Shown: piece by piece, positions 51,019 to 60,678 of the stretch
How the letters are laid out: each line of letters starts with the position of its first letter
How positions within the stretch are numbered: position 1 is the first letter of the stretch
Origin: a virus
DNA length: 64,000 bases
IMG/VR virus record: IMGVR_UViG_3300022821_000013
Location: 29,251 to 93,250 of that record
Strand: one strand, 5' to 3'
Position numbers and translations under genes: made by a program
The notes under the pieces: generated by a model
The model's input: only the letters and a program-made list of their open reading frames with translations
Told to the model about the DNA's origin: nothing
The model's database searches: none

Positions 51019-51050
51019 CAAACTTACGAAAAAGAAATGATATAACCTAA
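51019..51050 (-). promoter_or_regulatory. Bacteroidota-type sigma-A promoter for the endonuclease-MTase gene
   Basis: TTAG-N20-TAAGTTTG; spacer shares ATTTCTTTTTCG with the copy at 11367. Confidence 0.7.
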
Positions 51051-51094
51051 TTTTATTACAACGCATATTAATCTTTGTATATCATGTTAAAAAT

Positions 51095-51123
51095 AAAAAA
51101 ACGATTGTCATTTCTAACAATCG
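51095..51123 (-). terminator. Intrinsic terminator after the major capsid gene
   Basis: CGATTGT-N8-ACAATCG followed by T7. Confidence 0.8.
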
Positions 51124-51154
51124 CTTTATTTTAATCAACTTACAATTTATAAAA

Positions 51155-52825
51155 TTATAAACCATAAATAGTTTCAAGTCCGTCAATTTTAATTCTACCA
51201 TAGAACTCAGGTCTATAGATTTTTTTAGCATAGCGAGTCATTAAGGCTTTAGATGGCACATAATTCACAGGATCCCATATAATTGGCGTAGAGATTAACG
51301 GAATGTAAGGAGCATACACCGCACCAGTGTGCAAGAATGAATTACCTTTATAACCCATTAAAATCTCATTGTTAGTATAGTAAGGAATCACATAAACATC
51401 AAACTCACCTCTAAAGTTACCAACTTTCTTAGTACCAGCTGAGAAGTTTTTAGTATAGTCTTTACTAGCGTCAGAACTGAATCCTGGCATAGATTGGAAT
51501 ATAGTTGCAATTTTAGGAGATGTAACTAAGAAGTTAGCACTACCCAATTGAGTTTTTTGATAGATTTGGTTTGATACACCATTAACCGTGATCATTAACT
51601 CTTGGAACCATTGTGTTCTTGTATATGCAGCAGTTTCACCTTGAACAGTAGAGAAATCTGTCATTTCAGTACCATTGAATGTTCTACCCAATTTAGCACT
51701 CCAAGCAGCTGTATTAGTAGCACCATCTCTTAACATTTGTAATATTTCTAAATCCTGCTCTCTCGAAATATAATCGCCCATTACAGTTGTTAATTCTGCC
51801 TCTGCATCAATTGAATGATAAGCATTAACGTCTTGTTGGAATTCAGGAGTCCATGTTGTTTTTAACTTTCTAGTCTTAGCCACGATCTCTTCAGATCTGA
51901 ATTCCATGTTTAATTCTGGAATATCTAAAGGTTCTTCTTGTGTTTTCGTATATTCAAAATCACCTCTCACTTCTGAGCTTGGTTGTTTGTGATATGTAAT
52001 CACTAAGTCAGTTGACAATGCATCTGCTGAACCAGAAACCACAAATGTAATTTGTGTTTTAGCACCATTGATTGATGTGAATTGTGGGTAATATGAAGAT
52101 ACACCAGTACCAGCTACTTTGAATGCAGATACACCAGCTATATCAGGAGTTGCTAATGAAGCAGCTGCTACAGTGATTGTATAGATTGAATTAGCTAAAG
52201 TTCCAAATGTATTACCTGTTGCCGTAACAGATTGTGACCATTCTGTATCGTAATTGTATGTTGCTGCTGATGCCATAGCACCAGAAACGAATGTTGATGC
52301 ACCAATAGTTGTTCCAACTGATATTGCTGATGAAGTTACGTCATTGATTGTATAACCAAATTTACCGTCACCATATAAACCACCTCTTGCTTCACCTTCT
52401 TCTTTAGTAACACCCCAAACGGAATCTTCTTGTGAGTCTTTACCAGAGTTATTTTCGAAACCTGGTTGAGCAGTACCATATTTAAACTCTAGATAGAATA
52501 CTAGTCCAGAAGGCATATTCATTGGTTGAACAGATACAAATTCCTTTGCTACTGTATTACCGAATACTCTTCTTACTAATGGTAATGCGATACCATTCCA
52601 TTCTTCTGAGTTAGCAGCAGTACCTAATCTTGATGATTCATGTACTAATCTTTTTGCTTGGTTTTCAAGCATTAATGCCATATTCCTTTTTTCGTAATCA
52701 GAAGATAAATCTTCTAATAGGTGGGTAGGTTCCCACTTTCTAATTAAATCTGCTGACTGTCTGATTAAGTTAGCTTCTGTGTTAGAAGTCTCAGTCAATA
52801 GATGTTGTAAGCCATTATTAGCCAC
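51155..52825 (-). CDS. Major capsid protein (T4 gp23-like)
   Basis: LENQ, PLVRR, VQPM..PSGLVFYL, AKTRKLK..WTPE..QD....H.IDAEAEL, YAPYIPL, MTRY. GTG start with GAGGA site. Confidence 0.97.
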   Translation of the reverse strand: MANNGLQHLLTETSNTEANLIRQSADLIRKWEPTHLLEDLSSDYEKRNMALMLENQAKRLVHESSRLGTAANSEEWNGIALPLVRRVFGNTVAKEFVSVQPMNMPSGLVFYLEFKYGTAQPGFENNSGKDSQEDSVWGVTKEEGEARGGLYGDGKFGYTINDVTSSAISVGTTIGASTFVSGAMASAATYNYDTEWSQSVTATGNTFGTLANSIYTITVAAASLATPDIAGVSAFKVAGTGVSSYYPQFTSINGAKTQITFVVSGSADALSTDLVITYHKQPSSEVRGDFEYTKTQEEPLDIPELNMEFRSEEIVAKTRKLKTTWTPEFQQDVNAYHSIDAEAELTTVMGDYISREQDLEILQMLRDGATNTAAWSAKLGRTFNGTEMTDFSTVQGETAAYTRTQWFQELMITVNGVSNQIYQKTQLGSANFLVTSPKIATIFQSMPGFSSDASKDYTKNFSAGTKKVGNFRGEFDVYVIPYYTNNEILMGYKGNSFLHTGAVYAPYIPLISTPIIWDPVNYVPSKALMTRYAKKIYRPEFYGRIKIDGLETIYGL

Positions 52826-52852
52826 TTTTTGTCCTCAATTTATTTTTGTTGT

Positions 52853-53977
52853 TTAATCGCCTAAACTGTAATTTAGTATTGATTTGAATTTAGCAAATTG
52901 GTCACCTTTACCTTCTGTAATGTTTTTCTTTACAGTTTGATTACCAATGTGTTTAGCACTTTCTTTAATTTGTATTTTACTCTTAGGAGCTACATTATTA
53001 ATGTCAAATGCTTCTGTGAATGATTCGAAGTATATTTTAATATCGTTTTCTGATTTAGCAGAATCGAACTTTTCAATTATTCTCTGTCTTGTCTGTGCGT
53101 TAATAGGATACTTATCGAAGATAGTATTCAGATATTGTAATTTAGTTAAGTCTCTCTTCTGTTCAGTTAATGTTTTATTGTAAATACCAATAGCTTGTTT
53201 TAACTGTTCGTTCTCATTACTTAACGTTTTATTTTTGTTTTCTAAAGTGATAACCTTACCTTGTAACTGATCAAATGCATATTTAGATACACTATTAGTT
53301 TCTGATAAATTATTATTTACTTCTTCATCTTCTACTATTTCTAAAGAATCTTCTTCTTCACTAACAGTATCTTCTTCATTCATTTTCTTTTGTTCTGCGT
53401 CTGGAGAACTTTTCTTAACCGTACCCATTTCTGAGTTTGGTTCGTTTTGTTTTGGTGCATCCATATCTTGTGTAGGTGATGCATTTTCTTCTACTTCTTC
53501 TTGTTCTTGGTTAATACCAGGTTCGATTTCGTCAGCTGGATCTAATCCACGTTCTAAATCAGGATCCATTTCTGGTTCTAGTTTTATTCCTAACAATTCT
53601 TTCAAAGCATCGATTATATCTTGCTTATCAATTCCCATTTCTGGTTCTACCTCTGGTTCCATTGTAACTGATTGATCAGTTGCATCAGGTTCCAATGTTG
53701 GTACCATATCTTCTTCTACATTGGTTTCATCCAATTTTTCTGAATCTGGATCTTCATCCGAAACGTAAAGTTCACTCACCTCCTTTTCGTATGCTTCTTC
53801 GTCTTCCTCTTCGGAATCCATTTCAGATAATTTTTCTGAAACCACAGCGTTGTTTCTAGGAACAAACTTTTCAGTTAGTGCTCTCTGAACATGTTGCGTG
53901 AATAACTCCTTAGAGTCTTCAGCCATATTCATAGCCTCTTCCAACATTACGTGTGTATTTGATGTTTCTTTTGACAT
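52853..53977 (-). CDS. Prohead scaffolding/core protein (T4 gp22-like)
   Basis: Very acidic middle, coiled coil, KL.Y.N..F...I.EKFD.A; directly upstream of the capsid gene. Confidence 0.75.
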   Translation of the reverse strand: MSKETSNTHVMLEEAMNMAEDSKELFTQHVQRALTEKFVPRNNAVVSEKLSEMDSEEEDEEAYEKEVSELYVSDEDPDSEKLDETNVEEDMVPTLEPDATDQSVTMEPEVEPEMGIDKQDIIDALKELLGIKLEPEMDPDLERGLDPADEIEPGINQEQEEVEENASPTQDMDAPKQNEPNSEMGTVKKSSPDAEQKKMNEEDTVSEEEDSLEIVEDEEVNNNLSETNSVSKYAFDQLQGKVITLENKNKTLSNENEQLKQAIGIYNKTLTEQKRDLTKLQYLNTIFDKYPINAQTRQRIIEKFDSAKSENDIKIYFESFTEAFDINNVAPKSKIQIKESAKHIGNQTVKKNITEGKGDQFAKFKSILNYSLGD

Positions 53978-54123
53978 CTAAAAACCTCTTATATTTCTAT
54001 GATTATTGTCAATCATAATATTATTATTAAATAACTATGTATGTTTTAAATGGTTATTACTAGAACCATTATAATTGATGTATTATACACCTTATAAATA
54101 AATATAAATAAAAAAACTCAAAA

Positions 54124-54525
54124 TTATTCGTCGTTACCAACTTCATAGTACCTATCTATAATGATACCAATGGAATCATAACAATTAGATAGTCTTTCTT
54201 TTAACGGTCGCAACTCTTGTGCTGTTTTTGTCATTAACTTATATGTATCTTTTAATGACTTCATATCTCTATTAACACTAACTTTATCCATCCAATCTTG
54301 TGTTTCTTGAAGAGTTAGTATCTCCATATTTTCTATCATATTACCTAAACTCTCAATAACTTCATATAATCTATCATCACCATACATAAGTGTTGAATGA
54401 TTACCATATTCTCGTATTTGATTTAATAACATAGGAACATCATTTTTATCTAACGTTCTCTCTGACATACCAGTTAATGATTCATTTATACGATTACTTC
54501 TATTTATAATGTCTTTAAAATCCAT
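54124..54525 (-). CDS. Hypothetical head-module protein
   Basis: 133-aa helical ORF, DW.D.VSV.R.M, ends RYYEV. Confidence 0.7.
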   Translation of the reverse strand: MDFKDIINRSNRINESLTGMSERTLDKNDVPMLLNQIREYGNHSTLMYGDDRLYEVIESLGNMIENMEILTLQETQDWMDKVSVNRDMKSLKDTYKLMTKTAQELRPLKERLSNCYDSIGIIIDRYYEVGNDE

Positions 54526-54537
54526 TACATTTCCTAT

Positions 54538-54957
54538 TTACTTTATTTTGCCAAAATTAACTTTTACTATATTATCATTAATTGGATTTTTAATATAGAC
54601 CATATATTTAGAACTATCACCTAACATTATTTCATTAAGATTAATACGATTACCATTGTATTCTCCCTCTTGTAACGTATTGTTCATAGTACCAATATAT
54701 ATATCCATTAATATACTATCTATAATACCTTGTATATTCTGTATATCTCTATCAGAATCCTTAGTTGGTTTTAATTTTGAATTTGTCTTATCAGAAAATA
54801 ATTCTAGTTCTTTCTCTGAAAGAGAATCTGATATATCTATTATTGTTTGTTCTACATCTTTAGTTTCACCACGCTTATACGCTAATGCCTGTTTTAGTGT
54901 ATCACGTTGTTTATCTGCTTTGGATGTCATATACCACATCTCTGGTTGTATTGACAA
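54538..54957 (-). CDS. Hypothetical head-module protein
   Basis: DUF3008-like ALAYKRG...SLSEKELE segment and C-terminal EGEY.G..I.LN...VYIKNP...VKVNFG. Confidence 0.6.
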   Translation of the reverse strand: MSIQPEMWYMTSKADKQRDTLKQALAYKRGETKDVEQTIIDISDSLSEKELELFSDKTNSKLKPTKDSDRDIQNIQGIIDSILMDIYIGTMNNTLQEGEYNGNRINLNEIMLGDSSKYMVYIKNPINDNIVKVNFGKIK

Positions 54958-55550
54958 AATATACCGTAGAATATATCATCTACATTTCTTTTTGTATTCT
55001 CTACGATAATCTCGGATGCTTCTGATATTGTGTTCTCTCTAACTGGATTCATAAAACTACCATGATTAGATGGATTAGTTACAAAATCCCAACCTATCAA
55101 CTCATAATCATCACATATCTCTGACGCTTCGTTGTTTATTTGTTTTGTTGAACCAACACCTCTACTTGATATTCCAAACTTATAACCACGTTTGATTATA
55201 TTAGCTACGATTCTACCGGCTGGATTATCATCTAATATTTCTAAACGACCCATCACATTATTACCTTCCCACCATATACGTGTTATTACATGCGATGCAT
55301 TCTTACCTTCAACTACTGTTGACTCTGGATGATCTAACTCACCATAAGCACGTTTCTCATTGACAAATTCTTTTATGTATTCTTCTATAATACGTTCAAA
55401 TATTTTTTTGGGATATACACGTCCATTCTTATTGACTTTATCAACTGTAGTTAGTATTCCCTCAACGAACATACGTTTAAGTCCGTTCGTAGATTCATAC
55501 ATAACATTTACAGGTTCAAATATATTATATTCTAATATTGTGTTTTTCAC
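54927..55550 (-). CDS. Prohead protease (T4 gp21-like)
   Basis: NKNGRVYP, GELDHP, SH.I, GISSRGVGS, DFVTNPS. Confidence 0.95.
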   Translation of the reverse strand: MKNTILEYNIFEPVNVMYESTNGLKRMFVEGILTTVDKVNKNGRVYPKKIFERIIEEYIKEFVNEKRAYGELDHPESTVVEGKNASHVITRIWWEGNNVMGRLEILDDNPAGRIVANIIKRGYKFGISSRGVGSTKQINNEASEICDDYELIGWDFVTNPSNHGSFMNPVRENTISEASEIIVENTKRNVDDIFYGIFCQYNQRCGI

Positions 55551-55740
55551 GTTCCAGTTCCGTTTTCCGTTTTATAAACTTCTGTTTTTGCTTTATACTA
55601 TTCTTCTTTTCAGAAGGGGAAATATGATGTTTAGTTCTATTAACTTCGTCTATGAAGTTATGATTTTTTTGTTTCTTCTTGAAACGTTTAAGCATTGAAT
55701 CAACACTCTCAGTTCCTCTATTGGTAACACCAAAAGACAT
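55525..55740 (-). CDS. rpsU: Ribosomal protein bS21 homolog
   Basis: ESVDSMLKRFKKK....IDEV...KHHISPSEKK matches the S21 pattern; 71 aa, basic. Confidence 0.8.
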   Translation of the reverse strand: MSFGVTNRGTESVDSMLKRFKKKQKNHNFIDEVNRTKHHISPSEKKNSIKQKQKFIKRKTELEREKHNIRI

Positions 55741-55743
55741 ATA

Positions 55744-56205
55744 TCACCTTTCTGTTTCGTTGTATATTGAATCTATCAAACTAATAACTGTATTAGTTTT
55801 CTCTCTTAATTTAATTAGCTTATCTTTAGATGATTTCAATAGTGATGTATCATCCATACCAGTTTCATGTTTTAACTTTGACGTATGCTTTAATTTCTTC
55901 TCTAATCCACACATCCAAGAATATAGCAATTTTATAGTTTTGTTCATTCTGTCTTTATCAGACTTATATGCATCATCAGACTTGTACTCTTTATACGATG
56001 CTTCCTTTATTTCATTTTCGCATTTACAAGATTTACCTTTGCACTTGCAACTTGATTTATTTCCGAATGCATTTGGTGTTAAGTACCCTGGTGTTGCATC
56101 ACTTGTATTTCCTGCGTCACACCCACCTGCCCCATCACCATCTTCATCTAATTCATCATCAGTATCAGGTTCTATTATTTTTTTGTGTATCTTACTAAAA
56201 TCCAT
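55744..56205 (-). CDS. Hypothetical head-module protein
   Basis: Acidic/Gly N-terminus, TPGYLTPNAF, CKCKGKSCKC, IKE, coiled coil. Confidence 0.65.
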   Translation of the reverse strand: MDFSKIHKKIIEPDTDDELDEDGDGAGGCDAGNTSDATPGYLTPNAFGNKSSCKCKGKSCKCENEIKEASYKEYKSDDAYKSDKDRMNKTIKLLYSWMCGLEKKLKHTSKLKHETGMDDTSLLKSSKDKLIKLREKTNTVISLIDSIYNETER

Positions 56206-56528
56206 TATCTAACTACTCCATTTCTAATAAATACATATTGTTTTGCGGATGCATTATTAACGACTTTAGATATACTAAATTCATATAATTCATTAACAGC
56301 CAATGCAGTTCCAGGTATAGACCCACCATCTGTAAAGTGTATTGTACAAGCTGTATTAGTTAGTATAATTGCCCCTGCACCATAATCTGATCCTGTAAAT
56401 GAACTTGTACTTGTGTTCTGGACTTCTATTACTCTGTTCCATCTACCTGGATGTCCTTGCATAGCAAATGAATCTAAGTTTATAGTAGGATTTAAACTGT
56501 TCTTCTGTTGTGGATTCGGTGTCGCCAT
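56205..56528 (-). CDS. Hypothetical, probably structural protein
   Basis: 107 aa, beta-rich, FTGSDYGAGAII. Confidence 0.65.
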   Translation of the reverse strand: MATPNPQQKNSLNPTINLDSFAMQGHPGRWNRVIEVQNTSTSSFTGSDYGAGAIILTNTACTIHFTDGGSIPGTALAVNELYEFSISKVVNNASAKQYVFIRNGVVR

Positions 56529-56530
56529 TA

Positions 56531-57358
56531 TTATACCTTTAATACATTAACTAATTCATAAATATATAACATTGTAGCTATATGATTCTTTTGTAATTTT
56601 TCTAAACTTGATAACTCGGTAAGTATATCCAATACTTCATCTAACTTCACGGATAATACGTTTGAGCTTTGAGTTGTCTTTATTTTATTTATCTCTTCTT
56701 GTAATAACGGAATTTTTGATTTTATAAACTCAACCGTCATTTTTGAATTGGATGAATTTGTTATATATTCAACCAATATTGATTTTTGTTCTTCTGATAA
56801 ATGTGAGAAACGCTCATTAAATTTCTCTATATATTTATCTAATATCTTAACTCTCTGATCAAATGGCCTATTTAAAAATGAATCCATTTGAATAGTTTGA
56901 CTTTGTTTTGTCGCTGTTAAGTGATCTAATACAAAATACATATGATTTGTAGAATCTTCTTCTGAATACCCACTTTCCATTATAGTATTTATAGATGCTA
57001 GTAATTTGTAATTAGGAACTTTAGTTTTAAATAAATCCTTAATATCAGACGTATCTTTTAATTCTTTAACTAAATTATATTTTTCTCTATCTAATTTGTT
57101 TTTGTCCAAACCATTAAATCGTTCTATAATATTATCAATTAATATTTGTGCTTTGGTTTCTGATTTTGATGTTGTATTAACTAAAGTTCTATATAAATCA
57201 TATTCCTTAGCTAATTCTGAATTGCCAGAAAAATACTTCTGTAATATAGGTGATACAGTTGATTCTCTTTGATGTAGAATATCATCTGTTATTTTTCTAG
57301 TTATAAATTCAAACATCAAACCAGTGTTTCTATATTTAGAATGCTTATTTTTGCTCAT
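56531..57358 (-). CDS. Hypothetical protein downstream of portal (prohead core-like)
   Basis: KHSKYRNTGLMFE...EKYNLVKE...NYKLLASI; helical. Confidence 0.7.
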   Translation of the reverse strand: MSKNKHSKYRNTGLMFEFITRKITDDILHQRESTVSPILQKYFSGNSELAKEYDLYRTLVNTTSKSETKAQILIDNIIERFNGLDKNKLDREKYNLVKELKDTSDIKDLFKTKVPNYKLLASINTIMESGYSEEDSTNHMYFVLDHLTATKQSQTIQMDSFLNRPFDQRVKILDKYIEKFNERFSHLSEEQKSILVEYITNSSNSKMTVEFIKSKIPLLQEEINKIKTTQSSNVLSVKLDEVLDILTELSSLEKLQKNHIATMLYIYELVNVLKV

Positions 57359-57403
57359 TTAACGACTCGTTGGTTTCTTCTTAATTATAAATATAAATAA
57401 AAT

Positions 57404-59056
57404 TTAATTTTCTGTATTGGTTTTGTTTTTGATATACGACGTGTTAGCTAGTTTAGGCTTTTTCATTAACTCTTTATTGCCAAGTGTATCATACGCAAAA
57501 TTGTTATCATGTGATCCATATTTGTCTCCTTCGGGTGGTCTCCCAACTGGACTTGATTGTGCTTCACCACCAGTCATAGCAACACCAGTTGATACAGGAT
57601 CATTACCTTCCATCTCAATTTGTTTATATCTAAACTGTTGTTTCTTATCTTCTATCATTTGATTACGTGATATTTCTATCTCTTCATCATTCATATTAAA
57701 TATATTTTTATATATATATTCTGATGGAATCATGTCCAACTCTCTCATGTGTTTAGATACATTAACTTTTGATTGCATAAGAGTTAACATCTCTTGTTGG
57801 TATATAAGTGATGGATTGTTTAATTTTATATCAAACTCTATCAACTCATTTAATTCAAATCCCTGTGCAAATAGATGTGTATATGCTATTTCTACTAATG
57901 TAGCTTCAATTTGACGTTGTATTCTTTCTATAGTTCTTGCAAATCTAACATCTTGTGCTGCTAAACTTGACCTACCAGAACTTTCATCTTCAAATCCCAA
58001 ATATGATTTTGGAACCATTAGCCCAGCGAATAGTCTATTTTTTAAATAATCTATTTCATCAATCATATTATTATTATCTAAACCATCTAATGTTTCTATA
58101 CCAGAACCATCATCTTTACCACGTCTAGGAATAAAATAATCTTCGTTTAAATTTTGTATGTTATAACGTAAATTATATTCTCCAGTATTTTGATCATAGA
58201 TTGGAGTTTGTTTCATCTCAGCAGTGATACGTTCTATATAAGCATCTACAGCTGATGGTTCTATCCCAGCAACATCTATATTAAATACTCTTTTGTGTGG
58301 AGCACGTGTTATTCTATGAATCATCATTGCATCTTCCATCAATGATATTTGTTTCCAATGTTTTCTAACACCCTCTATTATAGACTTACCATAAGGTAGA
58401 AAGTTAGAATCTGATGTTAATCTAAAATGTGCTAATTCCCACTTCTCATATCTTTCTTTATTGAAATAATCACCGTATTCACCATAATCATCCTTAATCT
58501 TAAAGAATGTTGTTATTCTACCATAATCATCTGCATGCTCAACTCTCTCAACAATATAAGGTGATACTGACATTGCATTAACAACACCATAATCTTGCCT
58601 AACATCTAATAAAACTGGATAATCACCGTACTTACATGTTTCTCTAACCCAATTCCATAGGTTCATCTCTATATTCAACACATCATAAAATAAGTTGTCT
58701 AATATAGCCTTTAAATCTGCATTATCAGTTTTAACTACTAACATATCACCACGTTCATTGACTAGTGTAGCTTCATCAGCATACACCTTTAACGCAGCAG
58801 ATATGATAGAATCTTTATCCATCATCTCGTAATCTTTGAATAAATCCATACGTTCTTGATTGAAATTATATGAATTATTTTCATAATCCACCAAACTTCT
58901 ACGCATAACTAATCTTTTGTATCTATCAGATGTATAGGGTGAACCTGCACTCTGTATTACATTAGGATCAATTATTTTTAATTTATTCTTATCAATTCTC
59001 TGTACTATTACGTTTCCAGAGAATAGTTTATTTAACCTATCTTTTAAACTTGCCAT
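57404..59056 (-). CDS. Portal protein (T4 gp20-like)
   Basis: YEMMD...I..AL...ADE, HFRL, PYG.S, MEDAMMIHRITRAP..RVF.ID, EDYFIP.R, IETL.G, DVRFAR.I.RIQ. Confidence 0.95.
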   Translation of the reverse strand: MASLKDRLNKLFSGNVIVQRIDKNKLKIIDPNVIQSAGSPYTSDRYKRLVMRRSLVDYENNSYNFNQERMDLFKDYEMMDKDSIISAALKVYADEATLVNERGDMLVVKTDNADLKAILDNLFYDVLNIEMNLWNWVRETCKYGDYPVLLDVRQDYGVVNAMSVSPYIVERVEHADDYGRITTFFKIKDDYGEYGDYFNKERYEKWELAHFRLTSDSNFLPYGKSIIEGVRKHWKQISLMEDAMMIHRITRAPHKRVFNIDVAGIEPSAVDAYIERITAEMKQTPIYDQNTGEYNLRYNIQNLNEDYFIPRRGKDDGSGIETLDGLDNNNMIDEIDYLKNRLFAGLMVPKSYLGFEDESSGRSSLAAQDVRFARTIERIQRQIEATLVEIAYTHLFAQGFELNELIEFDIKLNNPSLIYQQEMLTLMQSKVNVSKHMRELDMIPSEYIYKNIFNMNDEEIEISRNQMIEDKKQQFRYKQIEMEGNDPVSTGVAMTGGEAQSSPVGRPPEGDKYGSHDNNFAYDTLGNKELMKKPKLANTSYIKNKTNTEN

Positions 59057-59081
59057 TGTATATAAATATAATTGAATTTTT

Positions 59082-60674
59082 CTATAATAGTGATCTTAAA
59101 TCAAATGAATCCCCATTACCAACTTTCATTTGCCAAGGATCTTCATTTTTAAATTGATGTTCGTTTTTAACTCGTTTGATGTTTCGTAGCATAGACATCT
59201 TAATATTACTACCTGCACCTCTAACTCTAACTGCAAAATCTCTAGTATATAGTCCTATTGCCATAGCAATAACTAAGTCATCATTATACCCTTTTGCTGC
59301 TTGTGTTTTTCTACCATCCCATATAAACGAATACATTTCATTTATAAGTCTAAGTGAATTTATTTTTGGTCGTGATGTATATACACCATTATGATCCATT
59401 TCTCTAAAATATAATGCTAATTTATCAATTATTAATTCACGTGTTACGTGTGACATAGTAAATCCAGGTGTCATACCATCTTTATTATATCTATAATCGT
59501 ATTTATAAGCATTAGAGCTATCATCAAGAACATTAATAGCTGATTTTGAATAATATATATTGTCATAACCAATATCAATAACATCCTGTATTACAGCCCA
59601 ACCAATACTATTATTCTCAACTACCAACATAGCATTATTATATTCTCTAGCTATAGATACAACTCTATTAGCGAATAACTTAGTATCAACCTGACCTTTG
59701 TATTCAGCCACTTGTTTTAATTCATTAACTTCTAATACTTGTACAGTTGAATAATCCGAACCGTTTCCACGTGCAACATCGACAGCAACTACATAATCAT
59801 GTTTGTTTGATGCCTCTTCCCATATCCAAAAATCATTGTTATAACGAGTTTCGATTGGATCATTACATAATTTTTTGTATTCTTCTAATATCCTATGCTC
59901 TATCAATGAGTTACCTGACGAAGCGAAATCGCAATCATATTCCTGTGCGGCCTGTTTTTCACCTAACTCTATAGTTTGTCTATCTCTGAATGCTTGGTCT
60001 TGATCTGGATGTAAGTACCAAGGTAATTTTATAAAATTAAATCCATTAACACCTGCTTCTGCATTAGCCCACATATTATGAAAGAAATTTGCAGTTCCGT
60101 TTGGAGTTGATAAAAGTATAGTCGAACCACCTCGTGATAGGGTTGCTTGTGCTGATGTCCAAATCTCCGAAATATCATTAATAAACGCAATTTCATCAAT
60201 TATTAATAGACTTAGAGCCTCTGACCTACCTGCATTCGGAGATGAACCAACTGCCTTTATTCTAGATCCATTCTTTAATACTAATGAAGTTTTATTATCT
60301 TCTTTTCTCGGTACCATAGACCTAAGAAATGTAGGTAGATTTTCATACATCAACTTAACTTTTCTAATTAAGTTTATAGCTGTCTTCTCATCAATTGCAA
60401 TTACAAGTATATTCCTATTCTGCTCAAATATCATCATATGAACACATCGCATAGCAGTTAGAGTAGATATTCCCATCTGTCTAGCTTTAAGTATTATGTT
60501 TCTATCATGTTCCATAATAGATAATAATGCTTTCTCTTGAAATTCATACAGTTCAAATGGAACAACACCTTTCATCGGATGTTCTACTTTACAATACTTT
60601 TTAGCAAAATAAACTATATCTTGCTTACACTTTAGTAATTCTGGTTTTAAACTTTCTAATATTTTCTTATTCAT
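59082..60674 (-). CDS. Terminase large subunit (T4 gp17-like)
   Basis: LYEFQ, KARQMGIST, LIIDEIAF, STPNG, QEYDC.F, VDVARG...DYS, VENN, NDDLVIA. Confidence 0.96.
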   Translation of the reverse strand: MNKKILESLKPELLKCKQDIVYFAKKYCKVEHPMKGVVPFELYEFQEKALLSIMEHDRNIILKARQMGISTLTAMRCVHMMIFEQNRNILVIAIDEKTAINLIRKVKLMYENLPTFLRSMVPRKEDNKTSLVLKNGSRIKAVGSSPNAGRSEALSLLIIDEIAFINDISEIWTSAQATLSRGGSTILLSTPNGTANFFHNMWANAEAGVNGFNFIKLPWYLHPDQDQAFRDRQTIELGEKQAAQEYDCDFASSGNSLIEHRILEEYKKLCNDPIETRYNNDFWIWEEASNKHDYVVAVDVARGNGSDYSTVQVLEVNELKQVAEYKGQVDTKLFANRVVSIAREYNNAMLVVENNSIGWAVIQDVIDIGYDNIYYSKSAINVLDDSSNAYKYDYRYNKDGMTPGFTMSHVTRELIIDKLALYFREMDHNGVYTSRPKINSLRLINEMYSFIWDGRKTQAAKGYNDDLVIAMAIGLYTRDFAVRVRGAGSNIKMSMLRNIKRVKNEHQFKNEDPWQMKVGNGDSFDLRSLL

Positions 60675-60678
60675 AATC

